Source of the DNA: Desulfobulbaceae bacterium
Lineage (GTDB): Bacteria > Desulfobacterota > Desulfobulbia > Desulfobulbales > UBA5123
Assembly: GCA_029865195.1 (NCBI GenBank)
Contig: JAOUHH010000002.1
Coordinates: 1-37,967 of the forward strand
Direction: 5' to 3'
DNA: 37,967 bases
Under the pieces are notes generated by a model, which was not told the DNA's origin, ran no database searches, and worked only from the letters and a program-made list of their open reading frames with translations. This document shows, one piece after another, positions 6,717 through 14,670 of this stretch; the first letter of the stretch is position 1; each line of letters starts with the position of its first letter. Made by a program: the position numbers and the translations under genes.

Positions 6717-7108
6717 TGGGTACAATGCCCCCTGTTTCATGGCCAGAACCGCGGGAGATAAAAGCACTGCGCCAGGCCCTCGGCGACTCGGTGGAGGATT
6801 TTGCCGCCGTCATCTCTGCCGCCGTCCTCCGCACCCCATTCATCGCCTACACCCACAAGGAAATCCGTCGCATCCGGATAGCGCTGGGCAAAAGCAATGC
6901 CGAGTTTGCCGAGATCTTCCGGTTGAGTGAAGACGAAATCAAGGCCTGGCAAACCCCGATCACCAGCAAGAAACACCGCGACCCGAGCCCGCCCGCCTGC
7001 ATCATCCTGTTCTGGTGCGCCACCGTTGCCAACACCTCTGTTTCGTGCCGCAACAACCTGATCAGGGCCGCCGCCGAACTCGGCAAGGACTGGCTTGCAG
7101 ACAACTGA
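6716..7108 (+). CDS. XRE-type HTH regulator (130 aa) with a duplicated HTH-leader motif
   Basis: EIKALRQALGDSVEDFA and EIRRIRIALGKSNAEFAEIFRLSEDEIKAWQ are typical XRE/MqsA-like HTH. One-nt overlap with the upstream stop. Confidence 0.7.
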   Translation: MGTMPPVSWPEPREIKALRQALGDSVEDFAAVISAAVLRTPFIAYTHKEIRRIRIALGKSNAEFAEIFRLSEDEIKAWQTPITSKKHRDPSPPACIILFWCATVANTSVSCRNNLIRAAAELGKDWLADN

Positions 7109-7133
7109 TAATCACAACAGAGAGGCGCACCCC

Positions 7134-7388
7134 ATGCCCAGCAAAGACCACCTCCCACATATCCCGGCAAACAACATCCACGCCCGCCTGGTGCGGCGCC
7201 TCAACGCCTCCGGGCTTGACCAGACCACCATCAACGATCTGGCCACCGATATCACCCTGCTGAAAGAATCATCCCACAGCGAGGGGCTGGCCACCGGCCG
7301 CATCGAGGGCAAAGAAAAGGGCTACCAGGCGGCAACCGACAAGGTCATGCTCTACTGCCAGAACCTCATCCTCCAGGGCGCGAGCTGA
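7134..7388 (+). CDS. Hypothetical protein (84 aa)
   Basis: ATG at 7134 is preceded by GAGAGG; the ORF track extends to 7095. Coding bias is consistent. Confidence 0.6.
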   Translation: MPSKDHLPHIPANNIHARLVRRLNASGLDQTTINDLATDITLLKESSHSEGLATGRIEGKEKGYQAATDKVMLYCQNLILQGAS

Positions 7389-8218
7389 TGTCATTTGCCA
7401 AACTCTACCGAGCCGGCTGGCAGCTCGCCGACGAACTGGAGCGCAACCGCCGCGCCGCCCGCCCGGAAACCTACCGCGGTGCGTTTGCCGACCTGTGTAT
7501 GCGGCTCGATAACTCCCCCACCAAGTCGGTGCCGTTCAACCCGCGCTACTGGGCAAAGGAATGGTGCTGGCACGATCAGGAAATTACACGGTTTTTCAGG
7601 AGGTTGGACGCTGCCGGGGTAATCAAAATAAAAGCGGCCGGCAACGTGCGCACTATAGTTGCGTCAAAAAACAATGTTAGCAGAGTTGTGAGCAAAACCG
7701 GCAACAAATGTGAGCAGCAAAGCCGCCCCACACAAGGGGAAAACAACAAGGTTGTGAGCTTGCGCCCCGACGAATGTGAGCAGAATGTTAGCATAGTTCC
7801 AACTACAGGCTTAAATCTGTCAGCTAACGCTGACTCGTCATCGGCTGCGCCGAATGACACCTGCCCTCACCAGGAGATTGTGAGGCTCTACCACGAGGTG
7901 CTGCCGGAGCTGCCCAAGGTGGTCAAGTGGACCCCGGCCAGGCAAAAGCTTCTCCGTGCCCGCTGGCGCGAGGACCAGAAACGCCAATCCATCGATGCCT
8001 GGCGCAAGTTTTTCGAGTTCGTCAAAAAGTCAGATTTTCTCATGGGCCGCGCCGGCAGTTTTCAGGCCAATCTAGAATGGCTCCTGCGGCCGTCAAACTT
8101 CGTCAAAATCCTTGAGCGGCAATACCACCGGCAGCAGGACCAGCAGCCACCACCAACCGCCGGGGCATCTGCCGCCGAGGAGACCCGGAAAAAATATCTG
8201 TCGGGTGGAGGGGTATGA
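7388..8218 (+). CDS. Replication initiator / helicase-recruiting protein with an internal origin
   Basis: Sits directly upstream of dnaB. The C-terminal block IVRLYHEVLPELPKVVKWTPARQKLLRARW..FLMGR..ANLEWLLRPSNFVKILE resembles the conserved phage replication C-terminus (Phg_2220_C/DnaD-like). The central section carries iterons. Confidence 0.7.
   Translation: MSFAKLYRAGWQLADELERNRRAARPETYRGAFADLCMRLDNSPTKSVPFNPRYWAKEWCWHDQEITRFFRRLDAAGVIKIKAAGNVRTIVASKNNVSRVVSKTGNKCEQQSRPTQGENNKVVSLRPDECEQNVSIVPTTGLNLSANADSSSAAPNDTCPHQEIVRLYHEVLPELPKVVKWTPARQKLLRARWREDQKRQSIDAWRKFFEFVKKSDFLMGRAGSFQANLEWLLRPSNFVKILERQYHRQQDQQPPPTAGASAAEETRKKYLSGGGV
7673..7793 (+). repeat. Six 10-bp iterons (RWTGTKAGCW): candidate replication origin inside the initiator gene
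   Basis: AATGTTAGCA 7673-7682, GTTGTGAGCA 7685-7694, AATGTGAGCA 7707-7716, GTTGTGAGCT 7751-7760, AATGTGAGCA 7773-7782, AATGTTAGCA 7784-7793. An AT-richer stretch lies at 7621-7672. Confidence 0.7.
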
Positions 8219-9531
8219 GCCAGCACCGCATCCCTCCCCAGAACATCGATGCCGAACGCGCCGTGCTGGCCGCGATGCTGCTTTCTCCTGCGGCCATGGA
8301 TGAGGTTGCCGACCGGCTGCGGCCGGAGGATTTCTATTCACATGAGCATGCGGCAATTTATGCCGCCGCCCTGGACCTCTACCGCTCCGACAAGCAGGTT
8401 GACCTGGTCACTGTCACCGATCGGCTGTCGATATCAGACAAGCTCGATGTTGCCGGCGGCCCGGCTTACCTGGCGGAACTCACCGACCAGATCCCGTCCA
8501 TGGCGGCACTCCCCCACCACGCCGAGCTGGTGCGCGACAAGGCGCGGTTGCGGGCGGCAATCGTCTCCCTCACCGAGGCCCACGAGCGCTGCTATGCCGC
8601 CTCGGACCCTGCCGACATCATCGACGAAATCGAAACCACCCTGCTCGCCATCGGCAGTTCCGCCACCCCCGACACCATGGCCCCTGCCTCCGTGCTGGCA
8701 AAGCGCTCGGTCGATGCCCTGGAACAGCGCTCCCGCCATGCCGGGGCACTGCTGGGACTCTCCACCGGCTTCCGCGAGCTGGACCAGATGACGTCAGGCC
8801 TCCAGCCAGCCGACCTGATCATCATCGCCGCCCGCCCCAGCATGGGCAAAACCTCACTGGCCATGAACATCGCCCGCCACGCCGCCGTCACCGTCAACAC
8901 CCCTACGGCGGTCTTCTCCATGGAGATGAGCAAGGAGCAGCTGGTGGACCGGATGATCTGCGACCTGGGCGAACTCAACACCTTTGCCTACCGCAACGGC
9001 CAACTGCTGGATCAACACTGGCCCCGGGTGCTGCCTGCCGCCGGAAAACTGGCACAGGCCCCGCTCTTTATCGACGACCAGGCAGGCCTCACCGCCATGG
9101 CCATCCGCGCCAGGGCAAGGCGCATCAAGGCCAAACACGGCCTGGGGCTCATCGTGGTCGACTACCTGCAGTTGATGGACGGCCGGGGCGAGCGGCGCGA
9201 GGCGGAAATCAGCGCCATAACCCGGGCGCTCAAGGCGCTGGCAAAGGAACTGCGGCTGCCGGTGGTGGTGCTCGCCCAGCTCAACCGGGAGCTTGAGCGC
9301 CGGCCGGACAAGCGGCCCAAACTCTCCGACCTGCGCGAGTCCGGCGCCATCGAGCAAGACGCCGATGTCATCCTCTTCATCTACCGCGACGAGGTTTATA
9401 ACCGCGCCAAAGATAACCCGCGCATCGGTATCGCCGAGATCATCATCGGCAAACAGCGCACCGGCCCCACCGGCACCATCGAACTGGCGTGGATGGAGCA
9501 CTTGAGCAGTTTTCGGGACATGAGGGGGTAA
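8215..9531 (+). CDS. dnaB: Replicative DNA helicase DnaB (438 aa)
   Basis: The N-terminal PPQNIDAERAVLAAML is a typical DnaB start. Walker A is AARPSMGKTSLAMN. Also has DYLQLM and the SGAIEQDADVILFIYRDEVY motif. Confidence 0.95.
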   Translation: MSQHRIPPQNIDAERAVLAAMLLSPAAMDEVADRLRPEDFYSHEHAAIYAAALDLYRSDKQVDLVTVTDRLSISDKLDVAGGPAYLAELTDQIPSMAALPHHAELVRDKARLRAAIVSLTEAHERCYAASDPADIIDEIETTLLAIGSSATPDTMAPASVLAKRSVDALEQRSRHAGALLGLSTGFRELDQMTSGLQPADLIIIAARPSMGKTSLAMNIARHAAVTVNTPTAVFSMEMSKEQLVDRMICDLGELNTFAYRNGQLLDQHWPRVLPAAGKLAQAPLFIDDQAGLTAMAIRARARRIKAKHGLGLIVVDYLQLMDGRGERREAEISAITRALKALAKELRLPVVVLAQLNRELERRPDKRPKLSDLRESGAIEQDADVILFIYRDEVYNRAKDNPRIGIAEIIIGKQRTGPTGTIELAWMEHLSSFRDMRG

Positions 9532-10044
9532 GTGATGACCGCACGGATGGAAAATACGGCATGGCGCGAGCTGGTTGCCTCCGGAATCGGGATAAATGAA
9601 ATGGCCAGGCTTACGGCGGTGAATGATTTTTTCAACCGCTTCTATTACGTGCCTGACGACCGGCATCACGGTCGCGATTACTGGGCAACCCCGGCTGAGT
9701 TTATGGAGTCCGGCGGCGGCGACTGCGAGGACTTTGCCATCGCTAAATACTTTGCGCTTCTGGATATGGGCGCGGATGCCAGCCATCTCTTTCTTACCTA
9801 TTGCCGGCTGCCGGCAACAGGCCAGGCACACATGGTCCTGGTGTACTGGTCCAAAGGGGATCAACCCCTGGTGCTCGACAACTTTATGCCGCAGGTTTTG
9901 TCAGCCTCGTATCGGCCGGATATTCTGCCGGTGTATTGCTTCAACAAAACACAAGGCTTTCTGCTGACCCCGCAATGGGGAATAGCGCATCCGCTGGATG
10001 TGCAGCAGTTGAGCAAGTGGCAAATGGTTTTGGGGAAGGTGTAA
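9532..10044 (+). CDS. Transglutaminase-like cysteine protease (BTLCP / LapG family), no signal peptide
   Basis: GGGDCEDFAIAKYFAL (Cys), GQAHMVLVYW (His) and PLVLDNF (Asp) match the BTLCP triad context. GTG at 9532 is followed by ATG at 9535. Confidence 0.75.
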   Translation: MMTARMENTAWRELVASGIGINEMARLTAVNDFFNRFYYVPDDRHHGRDYWATPAEFMESGGGDCEDFAIAKYFALLDMGADASHLFLTYCRLPATGQAHMVLVYWSKGDQPLVLDNFMPQVLSASYRPDILPVYCFNKTQGFLLTPQWGIAHPLDVQQLSKWQMVLGKV

Positions 10045-10068
10045 CAAACATTATATGGAGATTGCGCC

Positions 10069-10389
10069 ATGAAAATTGATGTGTTTTGGATTTGGTTTGC
10101 TTGTTTCTGGCTGGCGGTTGGTATGCAGAACTTTTTAACAGTGAAGAAAAGTAGTTTTGATATTGCATACCATTTCAAAACCCAGGAGTCTGGACGTGTT
10201 GCCTTTGGGCAAATGAGCGTTACTGCTGAAAACACAGACTCTCTTTCTTTTGCAGAGGCCGGTGGTTTTATAAAAAAAGACTTGGAAAAGTCTCTTGATG
10301 AAGACGTTTCAGTTGTCGTTTTCAACGTCAACAAGAGAGAAAGCGCACGATATTGGCAACCATTTTGGAGAAAATTCGCTTCCATATAA
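10069..10389 (+). CDS. Low-GC membrane-anchored hypothetical protein (106 aa)
   Basis: TGGAGA SD upstream. N-terminal TM segment IDVFWIWFACFWLAVGMQNFL. Lies in an AT-rich island (about 10045-10400). Confidence 0.6.
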   Translation: MKIDVFWIWFACFWLAVGMQNFLTVKKSSFDIAYHFKTQESGRVAFGQMSVTAENTDSLSFAEAGGFIKKDLEKSLDEDVSVVVFNVNKRESARYWQPFWRKFASI

Positions 10390-10597
10390 CTTCTTTATTG
10401 ATCAGCAGGTAGACAATGCCTACTAAACAAATCTGCCCAAACGCCTCGATTGCTGGAGTTCATTGCCCACGGCGTTGCGTGTTGCGCAGCGGCATGCGGC
10501 AGTGCCCTGCCGGATATGCGGATATGGTGTATTTGCTCGGCATGATTTTGTGGGTATTTGCGGCGCCGGCACGGAGAAGGCGCGGGGAGCGGTTGCC

Positions 10598-11221
10598 ATG
10601 AGGGGTTGCCGGCCACTTACCAGGGATGAGGTTGCAGCGGCTGTCGAAGCCATTCGCGGCCCGGCCGCCTCCAGGACCAAGGCGTTGCTGCTGGTCGGGA
10701 TCAATACCGGGTTCCGGATCTCCGAGTTGTTGGCGTTGACCGTTGGCGACGTGGTCACCAGTGCCGGAGAGATCACCCGGCGGGTGACAGTGGCCCGCCG
10801 CTGTATGAAGGGGCGGCACTCGTCCCGCACCGTGCTGATCAATTCGGCGGCCCGGGCGGCGCTGCTGCAATGGCTCTCGGTGCTTGCTGTTCGTGGCTAC
10901 ATCCACGCCACCGATACCTTGTGGCCGTCGTTCCGCACCGGCCGCGTCATCGGCAGGGTCCAGGCGTGGCGGTTGCTGGTGCGGGCTTTTGTGGCGGCCG
11001 GGCTTGACGGCCAGCTCGGAACCCATTGCCTGCGCAAGACCTTTGCCGCCAACGTCTACGACGAGTTGCTCGAAAGGGTGGCGATGGGCGAGCCGGTGGA
11101 CGCCTTCCGGGCGGTGTCGAAGCTGCTTGGCCATGCCGAAATCACTTCAACCGACAAGTATCTCTCGTTCCGCCTCGCCGAGCACGACGGCGTGGTCGAG
11201 CGGGCCGGGGTGGCGATATGA
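10598..11221 (+). CDS. Small catalytic-domain-only tyrosine recombinase (207 aa, FimB/FimE-sized)
   Basis: ATG at 10598 is preceded by GGGGAG. Motifs: NTGFRISELLAL (Arg), GTHCLRKTFA (HxxR), LLGHAEITSTDKYL (His and Tyr). No N-terminal SAM-like or arm-binding domain. Confidence 0.8.
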   Translation: MRGCRPLTRDEVAAAVEAIRGPAASRTKALLLVGINTGFRISELLALTVGDVVTSAGEITRRVTVARRCMKGRHSSRTVLINSAARAALLQWLSVLAVRGYIHATDTLWPSFRTGRVIGRVQAWRLLVRAFVAAGLDGQLGTHCLRKTFAANVYDELLERVAMGEPVDAFRAVSKLLGHAEITSTDKYLSFRLAEHDGVVERAGVAI

Positions 11222-11427
11222 GCGAGCGGGGCGAGCGGGTGTACCTAAAGGCGGCAGAGTTGGCCGAACGGTTCGGAGTGAGCGTCAAGACCATCCACCG
11301 CTGGCGGAGGCACCAGCCCAGGCCGCTGCACTCCATCCGCCCCGGCAGGGATTACCTGTTCCACCGCGAGGTGGTGGCCAGGTGGGAGGAAGGGTTGCGG
11401 CTGGTGCCGCAGGATGTTGGTGTTTGA
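11218..11427 (+). CDS. Excisionase-family HTH protein (69 aa), coupled to the small recombinase
   Basis: ATGA overlap. Motif VYLKAAELAERFGVSVKTIHRWRR..RPGRDYLFHREVVARW is typical of HTH_17/Xis-AlpA type. Confidence 0.7.
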   Translation: MSERGERVYLKAAELAERFGVSVKTIHRWRRHQPRPLHSIRPGRDYLFHREVVARWEEGLRLVPQDVGV

Positions 11428-11526
11428 ACGGCTTTAATCACTGGAGCCGCCGCCCGAGACGACCGCAGGCCACCGGACGATCTCGGCTTCCAGTGAATTA
11501 TTTTGTTGGCCTTTTTGGTGAACTAA

Positions 11527-11736
11527 ATGCGAACGATTGCCCATATTTTGTGGTGGATAGAGAAAGCCCTGCAACGGATCGCCAATGCTATAGGGCGTGT
11601 TGCTACTAAACTGGCATGGTGTGACTCGCTTGGAGCACCGCTGAAGACCTACAAATGGGACCAATGCCCAGATGGCTATGATGGCCCTTGCGCTTGTGCA
11701 AGCTGCCGAGATTATGCCAGCGATGATTCTTATTGA
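11527..11736 (+). CDS. Hypothetical Cys-rich small protein (69 aa)
   Basis: GGTGA lies upstream of the ATG. C-terminal CPDGYDGPCACASCRDY. GC is lower than the surroundings. Confidence 0.4.
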   Translation: MRTIAHILWWIEKALQRIANAIGRVATKLAWCDSLGAPLKTYKWDQCPDGYDGPCACASCRDYASDDSY

Positions 11737-11836
11737 TGACCAACGCTAAAAATCACGGGCGGCTTTAGCCGTCCGCGTGGATTGCAGGGTTAGCCGTTTT
11801 TGGCAATTTCAACGGGCTGCGAAGGGGGGGAAACAC

Positions 11837-12577
11837 ATGGGAAATTTTGTTGCCTCTTACGGAGGAGGAACAAACAGCACCGCTATGATTATTGAGTGGG
11901 TTGGCCGTGGGCGGCGCCTTGATGCCGTTGTTTTTGCCGACACAGGGGCAGAGAAACCGGAGACGTATTCCTTTGTGGCCCTGTTTTCTGCATGGCTCGT
12001 TGATCACGGATACCCACCAGTGGTGATTGTTCGAAATGACGGGATGCACGGCAGTCTTGAGCGCGAGTGCTTAACGAATGGTCGATTGCCGTCTGTCACG
12101 TTTGGATTTTCTTCCTGCTCCGACAAGTACAAATTGAGGCCGTTTCGCAAGTGGTTAAAGGCCTCTGGGCTGCAAAACGTGACGGTGCTACTCGGGTTTG
12201 ACGCTGGAGAGCCTGGACGGAAATCGAGGGCGTTAAAATATGCCAGTGGGTACGACAAGATTTTCCCGCTGATAGAGTGGCAATGGGGCCGGGCGCGGTG
12301 CATTGAGGCCATAGACCGATCTGGCCTGCCACGGCCAGGGAAGAGCGCCTGCTTTTTTTGCCCGAACACGAAACCGCACGAAATTTTAGCATTGCAGGAC
12401 AACCATCCGGATCTGATTGAGCGGGCTATTGCTCTGGAGAGCAACGCCGAACTCAGGAGCATAAAGGGCCTGGGGCGGGCGTGGTCATGGAAGGATTTTG
12501 TTTGTGCCGATGACGCTCAACAAAGGATGTTTGGCAGCGTTTGCATGGGGCAACCATGTGGATGCTACGACGGCTAA
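11837..12577 (+). CDS. PP-loop ATP-pyrophosphatase / PAPS-reductase-family protein (246 aa)
   Basis: ATG at 11837 follows GAAGGGGGGG. PP-loop SYGGGTNSTAM (SGGxDS-like). C-terminal Cys cluster CFFCPN...CMGQPCGC. Confidence 0.75.
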   Translation: MGNFVASYGGGTNSTAMIIEWVGRGRRLDAVVFADTGAEKPETYSFVALFSAWLVDHGYPPVVIVRNDGMHGSLERECLTNGRLPSVTFGFSSCSDKYKLRPFRKWLKASGLQNVTVLLGFDAGEPGRKSRALKYASGYDKIFPLIEWQWGRARCIEAIDRSGLPRPGKSACFFCPNTKPHEILALQDNHPDLIERAIALESNAELRSIKGLGRAWSWKDFVCADDAQQRMFGSVCMGQPCGCYDG

Positions 12578-12645
12578 CAAACAATCTACCGCAAATCTGC
12601 AGTATAGCGCGGCAGCAGATAAGCCTTAACCTGGAGGAGAACGCC

Positions 12646-13677
12646 ATGGAAAACAACGCCTTGCACGACAAATCAGTTGTTCGCGTTGCCGGTAAAGGTC
12701 GCAGGGACGACCATCCGCGCATCAAGGCGTTGCGGGCTGCTTGTCGGCTGCAGCATTTTTCTCCTCGCACCGAGGTTTGCTACGCATCATGGGTGTGGCA
12801 GTACATGCTTTTTTACTGGTCGCGCCAGGATCTTTCCGGCCAGCCGGCGGCCGAGGTGATTACCGCGTTTCTCACCGAGCTGGCCGAGCGGCGCCAGGTG
12901 GCGGCCTCCACCCAGAACCAGGCGCTCAACGCGGTGGTGTTTCTTTACAAGCATGTGATCCAGGTGGATGTGGGCGATTTCTCCCGGTTCGTGCGGGCCA
13001 AGCGGCCGCGCAACCTGCCGGTGGTCTTTTCTCGGGATGAGGCGCTGCGGGTTATCTCGCTCCTGCCTGAGCCTTACGCGCTCATGGGGGCCCTACTCTA
13101 CGGCTCCGGCCTGCGGCTCATGGAGTGCTGCCGGTTGCGGGTCAAGGATCTGGACTTTGACCGCTCCGCCATCCTGGTCAAGTTCGGCAAGGGCGCCAAA
13201 GACCGAATGGTGCCGATGCCATCAGTCACCGTCGACCGGTTGCGCTCCCAGGTGGCCCGAGCCTCTGCCCTGCTTGCCGACGATCTGGCCCACGGCTTCG
13301 AGGGCGCAACCATGGAGCCGGCCCTGGCCCGCAAGTATCGCCGGGCCGGCAAGGAGGCTGGCTGGCAGTATGTGTTCCCGGCCTCGCGGTTGTGCGTGGA
13401 CCGGGAGACTGGTTGCTTTTACCGCCACCACCTGCACGATTCCGCCCTGCAGCGCGAGGTCAAGCGGGCGGTGCGGCGCGCCGGGGTCAACAAGGCGGCC
13501 TCTTGCCACTCGTTCCGCCATTCGTTTGCCACCCACCTGCTCGAAAGCGGGGTGGACATTCGCACCGTGCAGGATCTCCTGGGGCACAAGGACATTTCAA
13601 CAACCCAGGTCTACCTCCACGTCATGCGCCGCGGCGCCGGGGTGGTGAGCCCCATGGACATGGGAGGCGTCGCATGA
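12646..13677 (+). CDS. intI: Integron-type integrase (IntI-like tyrosine recombinase, 343 aa)
   Basis: ATG at 12646 follows GGAGGAG. By-eye collinearity with IntI1: GKGAKDR; the IntI-specific insert ALARKYRRAGKEAGWQYVFPAS...YRHHLHDS; CHSFRHSFATHLL; DIRTVQDLLGHKDISTTQVYLHV. All catalytic residues are present. Confidence 0.8.
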   Translation: MENNALHDKSVVRVAGKGRRDDHPRIKALRAACRLQHFSPRTEVCYASWVWQYMLFYWSRQDLSGQPAAEVITAFLTELAERRQVAASTQNQALNAVVFLYKHVIQVDVGDFSRFVRAKRPRNLPVVFSRDEALRVISLLPEPYALMGALLYGSGLRLMECCRLRVKDLDFDRSAILVKFGKGAKDRMVPMPSVTVDRLRSQVARASALLADDLAHGFEGATMEPALARKYRRAGKEAGWQYVFPASRLCVDRETGCFYRHHLHDSALQREVKRAVRRAGVNKAASCHSFRHSFATHLLESGVDIRTVQDLLGHKDISTTQVYLHVMRRGAGVVSPMDMGGVA

Positions 13678-14039
13678 GTCCGTCAGCTCCCAAGCGCCCA
13701 TGCCGATGGCCAGGCTGCCCAGAGGTGATCGAGGGTGGCGGCTGGTGCGACGAGCACAAAAAGCGCCACCGCCAGGCGGACGACCAGCGCCGCGGCTCTG
13801 CCGCATCCCGGGGCTACGGGGCGCGGTGGCGCAAGTATTCTGTCCACTTCCTGCGGCTCAACCCGACCTGCAACGAGTGCGAGCGGCAGGGGCTGGTGGT
13901 GGCCGCCGAGGTCACTGACCATATCACTCCACACAAGGGAGATCAGGATCTGTTCTGGGACCACCGCAACCATCAGGCACTGTGCAAGAGGTGTCACGAC
14001 ATCAAAACCGCAACCGAAGACGGAGGGTTTGGGAGATGA
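13674..14039 (+). CDS. HNH endonuclease (packaging-associated, 121 aa)
   Basis: ATGA overlap with intI. Motif HITPHKGDQDLFWDHRNHQALCKRCHDIKT plus CxxC pairs. Sits in the usual position upstream of a P27-family TerS. Confidence 0.9.
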   Translation: MSPSAPKRPCRWPGCPEVIEGGGWCDEHKKRHRQADDQRRGSAASRGYGARWRKYSVHFLRLNPTCNECERQGLVVAAEVTDHITPHKGDQDLFWDHRNHQALCKRCHDIKTATEDGGFGR

Positions 14040-14206
14040 ACGTAGCTACATTTCCGATCAGTAATTTGAGCAAAAAACACACATTGACGGTCTCCATTAC
14101 CGTCACCAGGCGCTTCAGGCTGCGCATGTGGTTGGCAACAAAATTGATGTGCCTGGCTGCTGTTGTCCTCGGATGCAACATCGACATCGTTAAAAAGGCT
14201 GCATGA
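14036..14206 (+). CDS. Small hydrophobic-tailed protein (56 aa)
   Basis: ATGA overlaps at both ends (HNH and TerS). Lower GC. C-terminal segment LMCLAAVVLGC. Confidence 0.45.
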   Translation: MNVATFPISNLSKKHTLTVSITVTRRFRLRMWLATKLMCLAAVVLGCNIDIVKKAA

Positions 14207-14670
14207 TGGCCGGCAGAAAACCGACACCAACCCAGCAAAAGAAGCTCCGGGGCAACCCTGGTAAGCGGCCGCTCAACACCAACGAGCCGGAGATGCAGGC
14301 CATTGTCAAGATCCCCAAACCCCCAACTTACCTGTCTCCGGCGGCCAAAAAAGAATGGAAGCAGCAGGCTAAACTCCTGATGGAAGCGCGGGTGCTTACC
14401 GCCGCCGACGTGTCGTCCTTTGAGCTGTATTGCGTCAGCTACGGGAAAGTTGTCGATACCGAAAAGATGATCCGCAAACACGGGATGTTCGTGCGTGATC
14501 CAAGGGGAGGCATCATGGCCAACCCTGCGATTGACCTCCAGCTAAAATTGTTATCCCACTGCCGTCAGTTCATGACCGAGTTTGGCCTTACCCCCTCCAG
14601 CCGCAGCCGGATCCATGTGGCACCGGCCGAGAAGAAAGATGAGTTCGGGGATTTCCTCAATGGCAAGTAA
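14203..14670 (+). CDS. terS: Terminase small subunit, P27 family
   Basis: MAGRKPTPTQQKKLRGNPGKRPLN... is the characteristic P27-family N-terminus. Lies between HNH and TerL. Confidence 0.88.
   Translation: MMAGRKPTPTQQKKLRGNPGKRPLNTNEPEMQAIVKIPKPPTYLSPAAKKEWKQQAKLLMEARVLTAADVSSFELYCVSYGKVVDTEKMIRKHGMFVRDPRGGIMANPAIDLQLKLLSHCRQFMTEFGLTPSSRSRIHVAPAEKKDEFGDFLNGK

Noticed and set aside
8854-9864. 336-aa minus-strand ORF antisense to dnaB
   Set aside because: It is a shadow ORF typical of high-GC DNA. The translation is Gly/Arg/Pro/His-rich and motif-free, and it fully overlaps an unmistakable DnaB gene.
11737-12645. A canonical integron (attI plus attC-bounded cassettes) next to the IntI-like gene
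   Set aside because: No RYYYAAC...GTTRRRY imperfect-palindrome attC of 57-141 bp could be built by eye. Neighbouring genes are co-oriented with intI rather than divergent. Only near-core 7-mers and one 9-bp inverted repeat were seen, and these are reported separately as low-confidence.
12968-14039. Alternative-frame ORFs across intI and HNH (12968-13648, and the 215-aa extension starting at 13392)
   Set aside because: The frame carrying IntI motifs is unambiguous. The HNH protein starts at the ATGA-coupled ATG at 13674, and the upstream extension is Arg/Pro/Gly shadow sequence.
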